Source of the DNA: an uncultured cyanobacterium
GTDB taxonomy: Bacteria; Cyanobacteriota; Cyanobacteriia; Cyanobacteriales; Nostocaceae
Length of the DNA: 64,000 bases
Assembly (NCBI GenBank): GCA_963740315.1
Contig: CAVUDP010000004.1
Coordinates: 928,001-992,000 of the forward strand
Direction: 5' to 3'
Positions 63,835-64,000 of this stretch are shown piece after piece (within the stretch, counting starts at the first letter, position 1; each line of letters opens with the position of its first letter). Made by a program: the position numbers and the translations under genes. The notes beneath the pieces were generated by a model that saw nothing but the letters and a program-made list of their open reading frames with translations, was not told where the DNA came from and searched no databases.

Positions 63835-64000
63835 TTACTGCTGTGCTTCCACGGGGCGCTCGTCGGGAATAAATTGCGCTGGTGTGGTTTCCACTGCGGG
63901 TTTTTCTTCTATTCCGGGTACGGGTAAATTAAAGTTGGGGCCTCTGCGGATGATGCGACTACCGAAATATAATGCAGAAACAAATAAAACGCTGTAAACG
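63835..64000 (-). CDS. cydA: Cytochrome bd oxidase subunit I, C-terminal end (partial)
   Basis: Manual translation VYSVLFVSALYFGSRIIRRGPNFNLPVPG...EAQQ*; directly upstream of cydB. Confidence 0.85.
   Translation of the reverse strand, partial: VYSVLFVSALYFGSRIIRRGPNFNLPVPGIEEKPAVETTPAQFIPDERPVEAQQ

Overview
AT-rich chromosomal window from a filamentous, probably heterocyst-forming cyanobacterium (Nostocales/Rivulariaceae-like), judged from abundant HIP1 GCGATCGC, heptamer STRR tracts and fraCDE. Core content: ndhA-I-G-E-NAD kinase, gltA, sixA, DHH phosphoesterase, HNH, alr, tRNA-Leu(UAG), a complete PatA-CheY-CheW-MCP(CBCR)-CheA taxis cluster plus a second MCP, modA/modBC, fraCDE, cobO, ffh, pepP, an M16 peptidase pair, hisG and cydAB. 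Accessory patches lie at about 29-33 kb (decayed toxin-antitoxin and Uma2 fragments), 50-58 kb and 59.9-62.6 kb. Best candidate for an undescribed system: a co-oriented AraC -> UbiH-like flavin monooxygenase -> ndhH cassette. Its NdhH appears to carry substitutions clustered in the quinone-binding motifs and it sits behind a tandem AraC-type repeat, suggesting an inducible alternative or inhibitor-resistant NDH-1 quinone site. Other items: an unlisted 35-aa membrane microprotein, a lysozyme-like RTX protein, a sterol-methyltransferase-like gene, and nested REP/SDR elements, one in frame inside modBC. All calls are by eye and recalled motifs; no searches were run.
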